Shown here one piece after another: positions 35,364 through 43,575 of a stretch of 57,719 bases of DNA. Each line of letters opens with the position of its first letter. Position 1 is the stretch's first letter. The notes beneath the pieces were generated by a model that searched no databases, was not told the origin of the DNA, and worked only from the letters and a program-made list of their open reading frames with translations. The stretch is from Minisyncoccota bacterium (GTDB lineage: Bacteria; Patescibacteriota; Minisyncoccia; Phycocordibacterales; UBA9973). The DNA lies in the NCBI GenBank assembly GCA_041659205.1, contig JBAZYS010000005.1, positions 1-57,719 on the forward strand, read 5' to 3'. The translations under genes and the position numbers were made by a program.

Positions 35364-36068
35364 ATGAAAACAAATAAATTATATTATGTTTTAGGATCAA
35401 TGTTGATATTAAGTAGTTTAGCTTTCTTCGGTTATGCATCAGCAGATAATGATAAGAGTAACGAAGATCGAGGTAAAAGTGAACAATCAAAAGAAGCACA
35501 CATGAGAGGCTCTACTCTTGAGGTTCATATTTCAGACAAAGGGAAAGTAGATGTTCGAGGGGCAAAGGTAACAGCAATATCAGGTAATGTTATCACTGCG
35601 TCTACCTCTTGGGGTGTAGCTAATCTAGTATGGTCAGTGAATGTATCATCAGATACTAACATAGTTAGACTATATGGAGGGAAAAGTTTGGTTTCAGAAA
35701 TTTCTGTTGGAGACTTTGTAAGTTTCAAAGGAAATCTAGTTACTACTTCTGCTTCACCAATTATAGTAAATGCTACTATGGTAAAAGATTGGTCAATTCA
35801 AGTTAGGAATGCAAGTTTTAATGGCACAGTAAAAAGTGTTGATGTTCCTAATAGTAAATTTGTATTTAGTTTTAACAAAAATGGTGATATAACAGTAACA
35901 ACTTCTGCTTCTACTAAATTTACAAAAGGAGAGGTGGCGGGAGTATTTGCGGATGTTATAGTTGGTGCAAAAATTTCAACTAAAGGACTTTATGATTCCC
36001 AGTTGAAACAATTAAATGCGAGTGAGGTTAAAGTGAAGATTCCTGAAGTAGTTAGTTTAAATCATTAA
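35364..36068 (+). CDS. Secreted protein with repeated OB-like domains (DUF5666-like)
   Basis: Signal peptide; two GxVxxV...T...(F)xxxxVG...V.G repeats. Confidence 0.7.
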   Translation: MKTNKLYYVLGSMLILSSLAFFGYASADNDKSNEDRGKSEQSKEAHMRGSTLEVHISDKGKVDVRGAKVTAISGNVITASTSWGVANLVWSVNVSSDTNIVRLYGGKSLVSEISVGDFVSFKGNLVTTSASPIIVNATMVKDWSIQVRNASFNGTVKSVDVPNSKFVFSFNKNGDITVTTSASTKFTKGEVAGVFADVIVGAKISTKGLYDSQLKQLNASEVKVKIPEVVSLNH

Positions 36069-36079
36069 GATGTTTTTAT

Positions 36080-36112
36080 AAAAAAACTTCCGTCTAAAAC
36101 GGAAGTTTTTTT
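36080..36112. terminator. Bidirectional terminator between convergent genes
   Basis: Perfect 14-bp stem AAAAAAACTTCCGT/ACGGAAGTTTTTTT. Confidence 0.8.
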
Positions 36113-36115
36113 ATT

Positions 36116-37870
36116 TTATAAATTAAAAATATTTGTCAATAATCTTACGAACCAGCTTTCCTGAGAAGGCTCCACTTTTGTGGTGGGCGGAGGTATTTTT
36201 TCTGTATTTATTGGTGTAGTTATAATTATAGGTGTGTTTTTTTGTTTTTTTACAAATTTTTTCTGGACTTTAGTTATTTCTTGAATTTTAGGTTTTTCAA
36301 ATTTTTGCATTATTTGATTCCAAGTTTTACTAGATAGTATTGAGGAGACATAAGCAGTTTCCCAAATTTTAGTATTTATGTTCTCGTTCTTTATTCCACC
36401 ATCTATATCTTGGATTGTAGCGAGATAATCAAGGGGAGTATTGTCGCCCCTTTTCCAATCTTCAGGCTTTTCACCAAGGGCCGTAATACCTTCTAAAGCC
36501 CAGGCAGTAGAAGAAGCATTGCCCCAACCACCATTTTCTTTCTGTTTTTCTCTTAAGAAGTTTTTAGCTTTTTCTAAACTTTCCCCTATCAGAGGGGTAG
36601 GGGAAAAAGGGGAAAGGGCTTCGATGGCTGCACCCGTCATATCTACTGATTCATCAAAAGATCCGTTTTCCTTCTGACGGCTTAGAATAAAAGAAATGTC
36701 ATCGTTTATCATTTTTTCGTCTTGTGTATATCCTGAACTTTGTAAAACAATTAGAGCAAAAATATCATCATTGTCTTCATTTGCATCACCAAATTGTTTT
36801 CCATCAAAGCTTGTTATTATTTTTTCAATATAGTTTTCATTGTTTGTATTGTAGGGATTTAATCCGAGCGAAAGGAGAGCCATCGCATGTCTTTCGTTGT
36901 CAGTCAAAGACATGCCTTCTGTTTTATTCTCTACTGCATATCTAACCAATTTTATTGTTTGGTCTTGGTAATTACTGGAAGCAAAAGCGAGAGTTGCCCA
37001 ATCTGTATAAATATCCTGACCGAAAGAGCCGTTTTTTTCTTGCTGGGTGATTAAAAAATCAAAAGCTTTTTTTAGGTCAAATTTTGTTTTTTCAACAGTA
37101 ATAGGAATGATTTCTTGAGAAATTGGCGTACTTGATGGTTCATTAATAGGAATACTTCCACTCCCTCCTCTTGTTTCTGCTGGGGGGGTAGAGATTTGAA
37201 TATTTACATTGTTAGATGGCACACGTAATGTTTTACTGCCGATAGCATTTAATGAACCAGCTGTATTTAAAACTATAAAGCAAGTTCCGTCAGTGGCTGT
37301 GGTGCAAGTTTGAGTTCCAAGTGTAATTGTGGCTTCAGAGGATGGAGTCCAAAGCATATTATAATTTGCATCAAAGGTGCTTTCTTCTTCTGCAGTAAAT
37401 GTTATGGTGTCACCGATTATTCCAGAACTTTTTGAGGCTGAAATACGTAGTGGATAAGAATTGTAAGTTAAGAGAAGTTCTTCTCCGCTAGAAAGAGAGT
37501 GCTGATTAAGTCCAGTTCCTCCCAAGCTTAGATTATTAAACCAACTCCAAAATTTTGAAAAATCAGGAGTAGTTGTATATCCACTAAGTTCGTTCAACCA
37601 TCCACTTGGAGCATAATTCCAAGTCCAAGTATTTGATAATGCAGGTACGACTTGCTCTATGGCGCATTTACCATTTATGGTGATAGGTGCATCAGGGGCT
37701 GGTGATTCGGCACAAGCTGTAACTGTCTCTGGCCCATTAAATATAACAGTATCATCTGCATAAATTTTTAGAATTATGTTTACAGAATTATCCGCTAAAA
37801 CAATTTGTCGTGTAGAGAAAAACAATATAACTAATAAAACTACTTTTGAAATCTTTTTTATATTTTTCAT
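36116..37870 (-). CDS. Secreted protein: DUF4430-like beta domain + Ig-like domain + prenyltransferase-type alpha/alpha toroid (transcobalamin-like)
   Basis: Signal peptide; FWSWFNN...G......LSSGEELLLTY; four QW-like repeats (FLITQQEKNGSF, ILSRQKENGSF, FLREKQKENGGW, YLATIQDIDGG). Confidence 0.78.
   Translation of the reverse strand: MKNIKKISKVVLLVILFFSTRQIVLADNSVNIILKIYADDTVIFNGPETVTACAESPAPDAPITINGKCAIEQVVPALSNTWTWNYAPSGWLNELSGYTTTPDFSKFWSWFNNLSLGGTGLNQHSLSSGEELLLTYNSYPLRISASKSSGIIGDTITFTAEEESTFDANYNMLWTPSSEATITLGTQTCTTATDGTCFIVLNTAGSLNAIGSKTLRVPSNNVNIQISTPPAETRGGSGSIPINEPSSTPISQEIIPITVEKTKFDLKKAFDFLITQQEKNGSFGQDIYTDWATLAFASSNYQDQTIKLVRYAVENKTEGMSLTDNERHAMALLSLGLNPYNTNNENYIEKIITSFDGKQFGDANEDNDDIFALIVLQSSGYTQDEKMINDDISFILSRQKENGSFDESVDMTGAAIEALSPFSPTPLIGESLEKAKNFLREKQKENGGWGNASSTAWALEGITALGEKPEDWKRGDNTPLDYLATIQDIDGGIKNENINTKIWETAYVSSILSSKTWNQIMQKFEKPKIQEITKVQKKFVKKQKNTPIIITTPINTEKIPPPTTKVEPSQESWFVRLLTNIFNL
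36583..36603. repeat. Degenerate 21-bp palindrome copy inside the CDS
   Basis: CCCCTATCAGAGGGGTAGGGG (18/21) with TTT/AAA flanks like the 47792 copy. Confidence 0.6.
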
Positions 37871-37885
37871 TTCTTTTAAAATTAA

Positions 37886-38341
37886 TTAATAATTAAACTT
37901 TTCATACTTCCAAGACACAACGTCACCCCCTTTAATTTTATAATCTGAAACACCAATTTGAGCCTTAATTCCATTTACATAATAAATCCAGTTTTTTTCT
38001 CCGTTTCCTTTTATTCCATTAATGGAAACTATAAATTTCCCAATTCCTGCATAGTTTTTTTCTGTAAAGTTTATTTTTCCTTCGCTCCGAAGCTTATCCA
38101 TAAAATCGTAAACATTTGTTATTCCTAGGACTGTGCCTTCATAGCGTTTATCATTTATCTCTAAAATAGTTTTTATATTTGTGGATTGAGTATTTTCTGT
38201 ATTTGAAGCATTATTAAACACTTTTTCTTGAGGGAGTATTATTTTTTGTTTTTCAACCCCGTAGAAGAATAGAAAAGATACACTTAAAAAAGCCAAAAGA
38301 GTTATGATTATTATTTTGTTTTTTGTTGTTAATTTTGACAC
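37886..38341 (-). CDS. Membrane-anchored DUF4430 (transcobalamin-like C-terminal domain) protein; GTG start after the attenuator
   Basis: GKFIVSING...NWIYYVNGIKAQIGVSDYKIKGGDVVSWKY motif; N-terminal TM. Confidence 0.85.
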   Translation of the reverse strand: MSKLTTKNKIIIITLLAFLSVSFLFFYGVEKQKIILPQEKVFNNASNTENTQSTNIKTILEINDKRYEGTVLGITNVYDFMDKLRSEGKINFTEKNYAGIGKFIVSINGIKGNGEKNWIYYVNGIKAQIGVSDYKIKGGDVVSWKYEKFNY

Positions 38342-38369
38342 AAAAAAATTCTGTTTAGAGCAGAATTTT
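38342..38369 (-). terminator. Riboswitch-controlled attenuator
   Basis: Minus strand AAAATTCTG-CTCTAAA-CAGAATTTT plus T-tract; its CTGCTC is complementary to GAGCAG at 38395-38400. Confidence 0.8.
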
Positions 38370-38388
38370 GGGGCCCTCAAAAAAGAGG

Positions 38389-38506
38389 GAGATCCTGCTC
38401 GGGATTAATGAAATGATTGGTGTTCGGACTTGTTCCCTCCACCTGTTGGTGTTCGGGACTTACCGTAGCGGCACTGTACTGGAATCTAACCAGTTTCCCC
38501 AATCAA
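38389..38506 (-). ncRNA. Cobalamin riboswitch, compact variant
   Basis: Minus strand TGATTGG-GGAAACTGG-TTAGATT-CCAGT-ACAGTGCCGCTACGGTAA...AAGTCCGAACA-CCAATCA...GAGCAGGATCTC. Confidence 0.88.
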
Positions 38507-38534
38507 TTCTTATAATTTTCAAATGAACTCTCTT

Positions 38535-38562
38535 AGTATATACTTAGATTACATTATGTCAA
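38535..38562 (-). promoter_or_regulatory. Promoter of the riboswitch operon
   Basis: TTGACA-16 bp-TATACT on the minus strand. Confidence 0.6.
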
Positions 38563-39005
38563 AGAAAGGTGTGGAAAAGAAAATAAACAAGATAATGATC
38601 TTTGGGACCTTTGATGGTCTTCATAAAGGACACATTAATTTGTTTAAACAAGCAAAAAACTTCATTAAAAATTCATTTTTAATTGTTTCAATAGCAAGAG
38701 ATAAAAATGTTCTTAGAATAAAGGGAGTGTATCCGGATAAAGACGAGCGGGAGAGAATGATTTTAGTAAAAAAATGTAAATTAATTGATCAAGTAGTTCT
38801 TTCGGGTGTAAAAAATCATCTCCCACATATCGTAAAAGTACATCCGGATATTATTGCCCTTGGTTATGATCAAAAAGCTTATGTTAAAAACTTGAAAAAG
38901 GATTTAAAAAATAAGGGTATTTTGGTTAAAATTATTAGGTTGAAACCATATAAAGAAAAAACATATAAAAATCACTTGCTTAAAAAAAGAATATTATTAC
39001 AATAA
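38556..39005 (+). CDS. Cytidylyltransferase-family protein, probable FAD synthase (RibL type)
   Basis: FGTFDGLHKGH, IARD, PDIIALGYDQ motifs. Confidence 0.8.
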   Translation: MSKKGVEKKINKIMIFGTFDGLHKGHINLFKQAKNFIKNSFLIVSIARDKNVLRIKGVYPDKDERERMILVKKCKLIDQVVLSGVKNHLPHIVKVHPDIIALGYDQKAYVKNLKKDLKNKGILVKIIRLKPYKEKTYKNHLLKKRILLQ

Positions 39006-39037
39006 TAATTATTATTATTTAATTAATTTAAAATAAT

Positions 39038-40354
39038 ATGGAGGAAATTAATATAGTAAAAGATATTAAAAAAGTTTTTAATAAAGATTTTGTTTCCGTT
39101 TTCGTTACAAGTTTTCTGTCTTTTCTTATTGTCATTTTAATTGGATTTGCGGTAGTGTGGCATTATCGAGCTAACGTTTTTGGTTATTTTGCTAAGGAAT
39201 ATTTGAAAGAAGGCCAGAATATAAACAATGACAATGATGATCCAAAAGTTTCGGCCGAGAAAATTATTGAGAAACAGTCAATTTTTTCTCAGGATTCTTT
39301 TGTGATTGATACAGTCAAAAAGACCAATCCAGCTGTTGTGTCTATTATTATTTCTCAAGAAGTTCCAAAATACGAAGCCTATATTGACCCTAACCAACAA
39401 ACAAATCCATTCGGAGATTTATTCCCTAATTTTCCTGGTTTTAATTTCAACGTTCCTCAATATCGTCAGAATGGGACAGAGAAAAAAGAAATTGGAGGTG
39501 GTTCAGGATTTTTTGTATCAAGTGATGGCTTAATTGTTACTAATAAACACGTAGTTTCTCAAAAAAATGTGGAATATACAGTTTTTACCAATAATGGTAA
39601 AAAACACACTGCAAAAGTTGTCGCCCGGGATCCAGTCCTAGATATTGCACTTATTAAAATAGAAGGTTCGGATTTCCCTTATCTTTCCCTTGGAGATTCA
39701 AATTCACTTCAAGTGGGACAGAGTGTAATAGCTATTGGTAATGCTTTAGGGGAATATAGAAATACTGTTTCTACGGGTGTTGTTTCTGGTTTAGCTCGTT
39801 CTATAACTGCAGGAGATAATTCTGGTAATACGGAAGTGTTAGATAAAGTTATTCAGACTGATGCAGCGATAAATCCCGGAAATTCAGGAGGACCCTTACT
39901 TAACTTGAGAGGGGAAGTAATTGGAGTAAATGTTGCAGTTGCTCAAGGTTCTCAAAGCATTGGTTTTGCCTTGCCAATTAATAGTGTAAAAAGTTCTATT
40001 GAATCTGTAAAATCCACCGGGAAAATTGTTCGTCCATATTTAGGAATACGTTATGTACCAATAAATGCTGAGATGAAAGATAAAAATAATTTAACAGTGG
40101 ACTATGGAGTACTCGTAAAACAGGGTGCGACAGCTAGTGAACTGGCTGTTATTCCTGGAAGTCCAGCAGATAAAGCTGGGATTGTGGAGAATGATATTGT
40201 TTTAGAGATTGATGGTGTAAAGTTAGATGATAAAAATAATTTGGCTAATGTAATTCGAGAGAAAAAAATTGGACAAGTAATCAATCTAAAAATTCTTCAT
40301 CGAGGGGTTGAAAAAAATATTTCTGTGACTCTTGAGGCTTCAAAAGATAATTAA
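39038..40354 (+). CDS. htrA: HtrA/DegP-family serine protease with PDZ domain
   Basis: TNKHVV, DIAL, TDAAINPGNSGGPL, PGSPA motifs. Confidence 0.95.
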   Translation: MEEINIVKDIKKVFNKDFVSVFVTSFLSFLIVILIGFAVVWHYRANVFGYFAKEYLKEGQNINNDNDDPKVSAEKIIEKQSIFSQDSFVIDTVKKTNPAVVSIIISQEVPKYEAYIDPNQQTNPFGDLFPNFPGFNFNVPQYRQNGTEKKEIGGGSGFFVSSDGLIVTNKHVVSQKNVEYTVFTNNGKKHTAKVVARDPVLDIALIKIEGSDFPYLSLGDSNSLQVGQSVIAIGNALGEYRNTVSTGVVSGLARSITAGDNSGNTEVLDKVIQTDAAINPGNSGGPLLNLRGEVIGVNVAVAQGSQSIGFALPINSVKSSIESVKSTGKIVRPYLGIRYVPINAEMKDKNNLTVDYGVLVKQGATASELAVIPGSPADKAGIVENDIVLEIDGVKLDDKNNLANVIREKKIGQVINLKILHRGVEKNISVTLEASKDN

Positions 40355-41502
40355 GTATTTGTTCTATTTATCGTAGAAGATAAATAAATTCCATAGAGCA
40401 TCAGGGCTCCTAGTACAAGGAAAATATAATTAAAAGACGGAGCAAAGATTAAAATAATAAAAGCGATGATAGGACCTAAGATATAAGCAAGTGGGGAGGA
40501 GGTTCGGTAAACTCCTACATATTCTTCATTTTCTGGTTTTATATGCTTAAAGAAATGTGAGTCACCCATGACTTCGACCGTGGCAGCGCCTATGCGAGTA
40601 GTAAATAGCAATAAAGCCCATATCCAGACTGCATGTTCTTTTATAAAAAATAGCATCAAAGTTGATAGTGAAATAATACTAAAACCAAGCATCAGCATTT
40701 TTCTTTCACCGACTTTGTCAGAGCGTTTTCCTAACGGGAATTGAACTAAGACAAATGGTAGAAGCATGATGGTAAATATTATACCGATTTCTTTCCAATT
40801 AAAGCCTAAGTGGGTGAACAAATATATCGGGGTATAAATAACCATCCAGCAATAAAAAAATTGAAGTAAGAAACTTATGAGATATGCACGAAAAAGATTT
40901 TTATCTTTTATGAATTTTTTTACATATTTAAAAGAATTTATTTTATCATAGATTGGCTCTGGTATATTTTTTAGGTTTAAAAATGAGACTATAAAAAATA
41001 GCATCATTACTGAAAAACTTACAAGATAAATTGAACTAAAAGAGAACCCTCCCAAAGTAGTTCCAAATGCTAGTTGTGCCAGAATCCAGGCTGCATTGCA
41101 CACTGTTAGATAAATGCCTCTAATCCTACCCGTCGTTCTGTCTTTGGAAAATATTTTTAGAAGCTCATCTAGAGAAAAAATTATTAGAGTATTCATCGAA
41201 AAACCTAGAATAAACATAAAAATAGCATTCCAGACATTGTGGATGAGAGCAAGGGCTAAGAAAGAAAAAGCATCTAATAAGATAATTGAAATTAGAAATT
41301 TGTAGCCACCTATTTTTTTAAATATTTTAGGAGCTAGTAAAAGGGAAATTATTGAAGTAGCTGATCCTAGAACATAAATAATTCCAACAAATTTTTCACC
41401 AACGAAAGTAGAGACATAGCTTGAGTTTATATAAGAGGCTAGGGCTATCGGTATTGAAAACAAAAAGCCGGCAAAGTATATAATTTTTCTATTATGGTTC
41501 AT
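40351..41502 (-). CDS. MFS transporter
   Basis: About 12 TMs; GKRSDKVGERK motif A. Confidence 0.88.
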   Translation of the reverse strand: MNHNRKIIYFAGFLFSIPIALASYINSSYVSTFVGEKFVGIIYVLGSATSIISLLLAPKIFKKIGGYKFLISIILLDAFSFLALALIHNVWNAIFMFILGFSMNTLIIFSLDELLKIFSKDRTTGRIRGIYLTVCNAAWILAQLAFGTTLGGFSFSSIYLVSFSVMMLFFIVSFLNLKNIPEPIYDKINSFKYVKKFIKDKNLFRAYLISFLLQFFYCWMVIYTPIYLFTHLGFNWKEIGIIFTIMLLPFVLVQFPLGKRSDKVGERKMLMLGFSIISLSTLMLFFIKEHAVWIWALLLFTTRIGAATVEVMGDSHFFKHIKPENEEYVGVYRTSSPLAYILGPIIAFIILIFAPSFNYIFLVLGALMLYGIYLSSTINRTNT

Positions 41503-41514
41503 AAATTAATTTTT

Positions 41515-41546
41515 TCCGCCTCTACGGCGGATCGCCGATGAGGCGA
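41515..41546. repeat. Tandem pair of CGCC-N5-GGCG hairpins
   Basis: TCCGCC-TCTAC-GGCGGA immediately followed by TCGCC-GATGA-GGCGA. Confidence 0.7.
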
Positions 41547-41547
41547 T

Positions 41548-43428
41548 TTATACGCTCAAGATAACAGGGATGACTAAGGGTCTTTTGCCAGTTTTTTGAT
41601 ATAGGAATTTTGAAATATTTTCTCCAAGGGATGCCTTAATGTGGTCAAAGTCTGTAGGGTTAAAATCTGTTATATGCTTAACAGGCATTTTAGCTGTGGC
41701 ATCTTCGATTGATTTTTTTATCATTATTCTTACTTGGCGCAGAAGTTCTTGGTTTTCTTTTAAGTAAACAAAGCCACGAGAAATAAGGTCAGGGGATTTT
41801 TTTAATTTTCCAGTTTTTTGATCAAGCAGGGCAATAATGACAAACATTCCATCCTGGGCGAGCATTACTCGGTCGCGGATAACTACATCCTGAGTGTCTG
41901 AAATAGAAGCGCCATCTACCATCATCGGAGCACTTGGGGCTTTTTCTTTGCGCATCGTAATCTTTTGTCCGTCGGCAGAAATTTCAATGATTGAACCATT
42001 GTCAGGCACGATTACATTTTCTTCGGACATTCCGAGTTCCATCGCTAGTTCTTTATGTTTAACAAGGAAGGAATGATGTCCATGGATTGGTATGAAGAAT
42101 TTCGGATGGGTTTTACGATGAAGCCACTTTATGTCTTCTTGGTTGCCATGACCTGTTGCATGGACGAAATCTTCTCCAGGGGTACGATAACTTATAATAC
42201 GTACACCTTGTCTGGTGAGGCTATCCTTCATTTTCTGAACCTGAAGTTCGTTTCCGGGGATAACAGAAGCAGACAATATGACGGTGTCTCCTTTTTGAAG
42301 AGAAAACTTTGCATTAGATTTATTAGCTGCACGATTTAATGCAGCAAATTCTTCACCCTGAGCACCGGTCATTAAAATGATAATTTTGTTTGCTGGATAA
42401 TTATTTACTTCCTCAAGAGGAATAATGGTGCCTTTTTTAGGTTGGAAAAATCCTGCTTCGATTGCTACGTCGATGTTTGTTTTCATTGAACGTCCATCAG
42501 TGGCTATTTTTTTACCCAAAGCTTCAGCTGTTTTAACAACATGAGCTAACCTAGTGATATGCGAAGAGAAAGCAGCAATAATTATTCGGCCATTTACTTT
42601 TTTAATTAAATTTTCTAATCCTTGATGCACCTTTGTTTCTGAAAGAGAAAATCCCTCATTCTCAATGTTTGTAGAATCAGTCATCATTAAAAGAACTTTC
42701 GCTTTATCAAAAATCGAATATTCTTTTTCTTCTTCTTTTGAAACTACTCCATCAATTTGGTCGAGTTTGTAATCTCCGGGAGTAACTATCCATCCATGTT
42801 CTGTTTCTATAATTATTCCCATTGAGTCTGGGATCGTGTGAGTAACACCAAAGAATCTAATTTTTATTTTTCCGCAAGTAATAACAGAATCTTTTTCCAC
42901 AACATTTTCTTTCATTGCTGGTAAGTGGGGGAATTCCGCTTGTCTCTTCTTCATCATTAGAATAGACAAATTTCTTGAATATACAGGTGGGTTTCCTATT
43001 CGTGAAAGAACAAGTGGTACACCACCAATATGGTCTAAGTGTCCGTGCGTAATAAGCAGTGCACGGATTTTGTCTTTCCGTTCTTCTAAGTATGTTGTAT
43101 TGGGAATAATATAATCAACTCCAGGTGTCGCTTCTGTAGAAAAATGCATCCCAGCATCTATTACGATGATATCATCACCGATTTCTATTGCGGTCATGTT
43201 CTTACCGATTTCCTCTACTCCACCAAGTGGAATAACACGAACTACTCCAGGTTCTGGAGGAGGGATTTTGCCACCGGGCATTTTATATTGGCTTTTTCCT
43301 GGGAAAGGGCGGGAGCCAGAACTTTTTCCAAATTTTTTTTGGGTGTATTGGTAGGTAGAACTTTTCTGCATTTTTTTTTCTTTCAGGGGCTCTGTGAGCG
43401 CCGTCTTTTCCATGTTCTGGTGCAGCAT
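41548..43428 (-). CDS. rnj: Ribonuclease J (start uncertain, 43428 to 43371)
   Basis: PLGGVEEIGKN, THGHLDHIG, HTIPDS, HATGHG motifs. Confidence 0.95.
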   Translation of the reverse strand: MLHQNMEKTALTEPLKEKKMQKSSTYQYTQKKFGKSSGSRPFPGKSQYKMPGGKIPPPEPGVVRVIPLGGVEEIGKNMTAIEIGDDIIVIDAGMHFSTEATPGVDYIIPNTTYLEERKDKIRALLITHGHLDHIGGVPLVLSRIGNPPVYSRNLSILMMKKRQAEFPHLPAMKENVVEKDSVITCGKIKIRFFGVTHTIPDSMGIIIETEHGWIVTPGDYKLDQIDGVVSKEEEKEYSIFDKAKVLLMMTDSTNIENEGFSLSETKVHQGLENLIKKVNGRIIIAAFSSHITRLAHVVKTAEALGKKIATDGRSMKTNIDVAIEAGFFQPKKGTIIPLEEVNNYPANKIIILMTGAQGEEFAALNRAANKSNAKFSLQKGDTVILSASVIPGNELQVQKMKDSLTRQGVRIISYRTPGEDFVHATGHGNQEDIKWLHRKTHPKFFIPIHGHHSFLVKHKELAMELGMSEENVIVPDNGSIIEISADGQKITMRKEKAPSAPMMVDGASISDTQDVVIRDRVMLAQDGMFVIIALLDQKTGKLKKSPDLISRGFVYLKENQELLRQVRIMIKKSIEDATAKMPVKHITDFNPTDFDHIKASLGENISKFLYQKTGKRPLVIPVILSV

Positions 43429-43575
43429 GGGTAGGTGTTTTGTTTTCTTTCTTATCTTCTATTTTGAGAGAAGAAAAAGATAATCTTGTTTTTTTCATCA
43501 TTTACTTTTACTTTAATATTAATGTTTTAATAATAGGAGTTTTCTGCCTTATCGGCAGATTGTCTTCAGGACATT

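Noticed and set aside
36116-37870. Squalene-hopene cyclase call (QW repeats and a DNDD motif)
   Set aside because: Only one barrel of about 260 aa, plus a signal peptide, a DUF4430-like domain and B12-riboswitch control; enzymatic activity is not formally excluded
37886-38380. ATG start at 38380 for the DUF4430 gene
   Set aside because: Falls inside the riboswitch expression platform; GTG at 38341 follows the terminator and directly precedes the TM anchor
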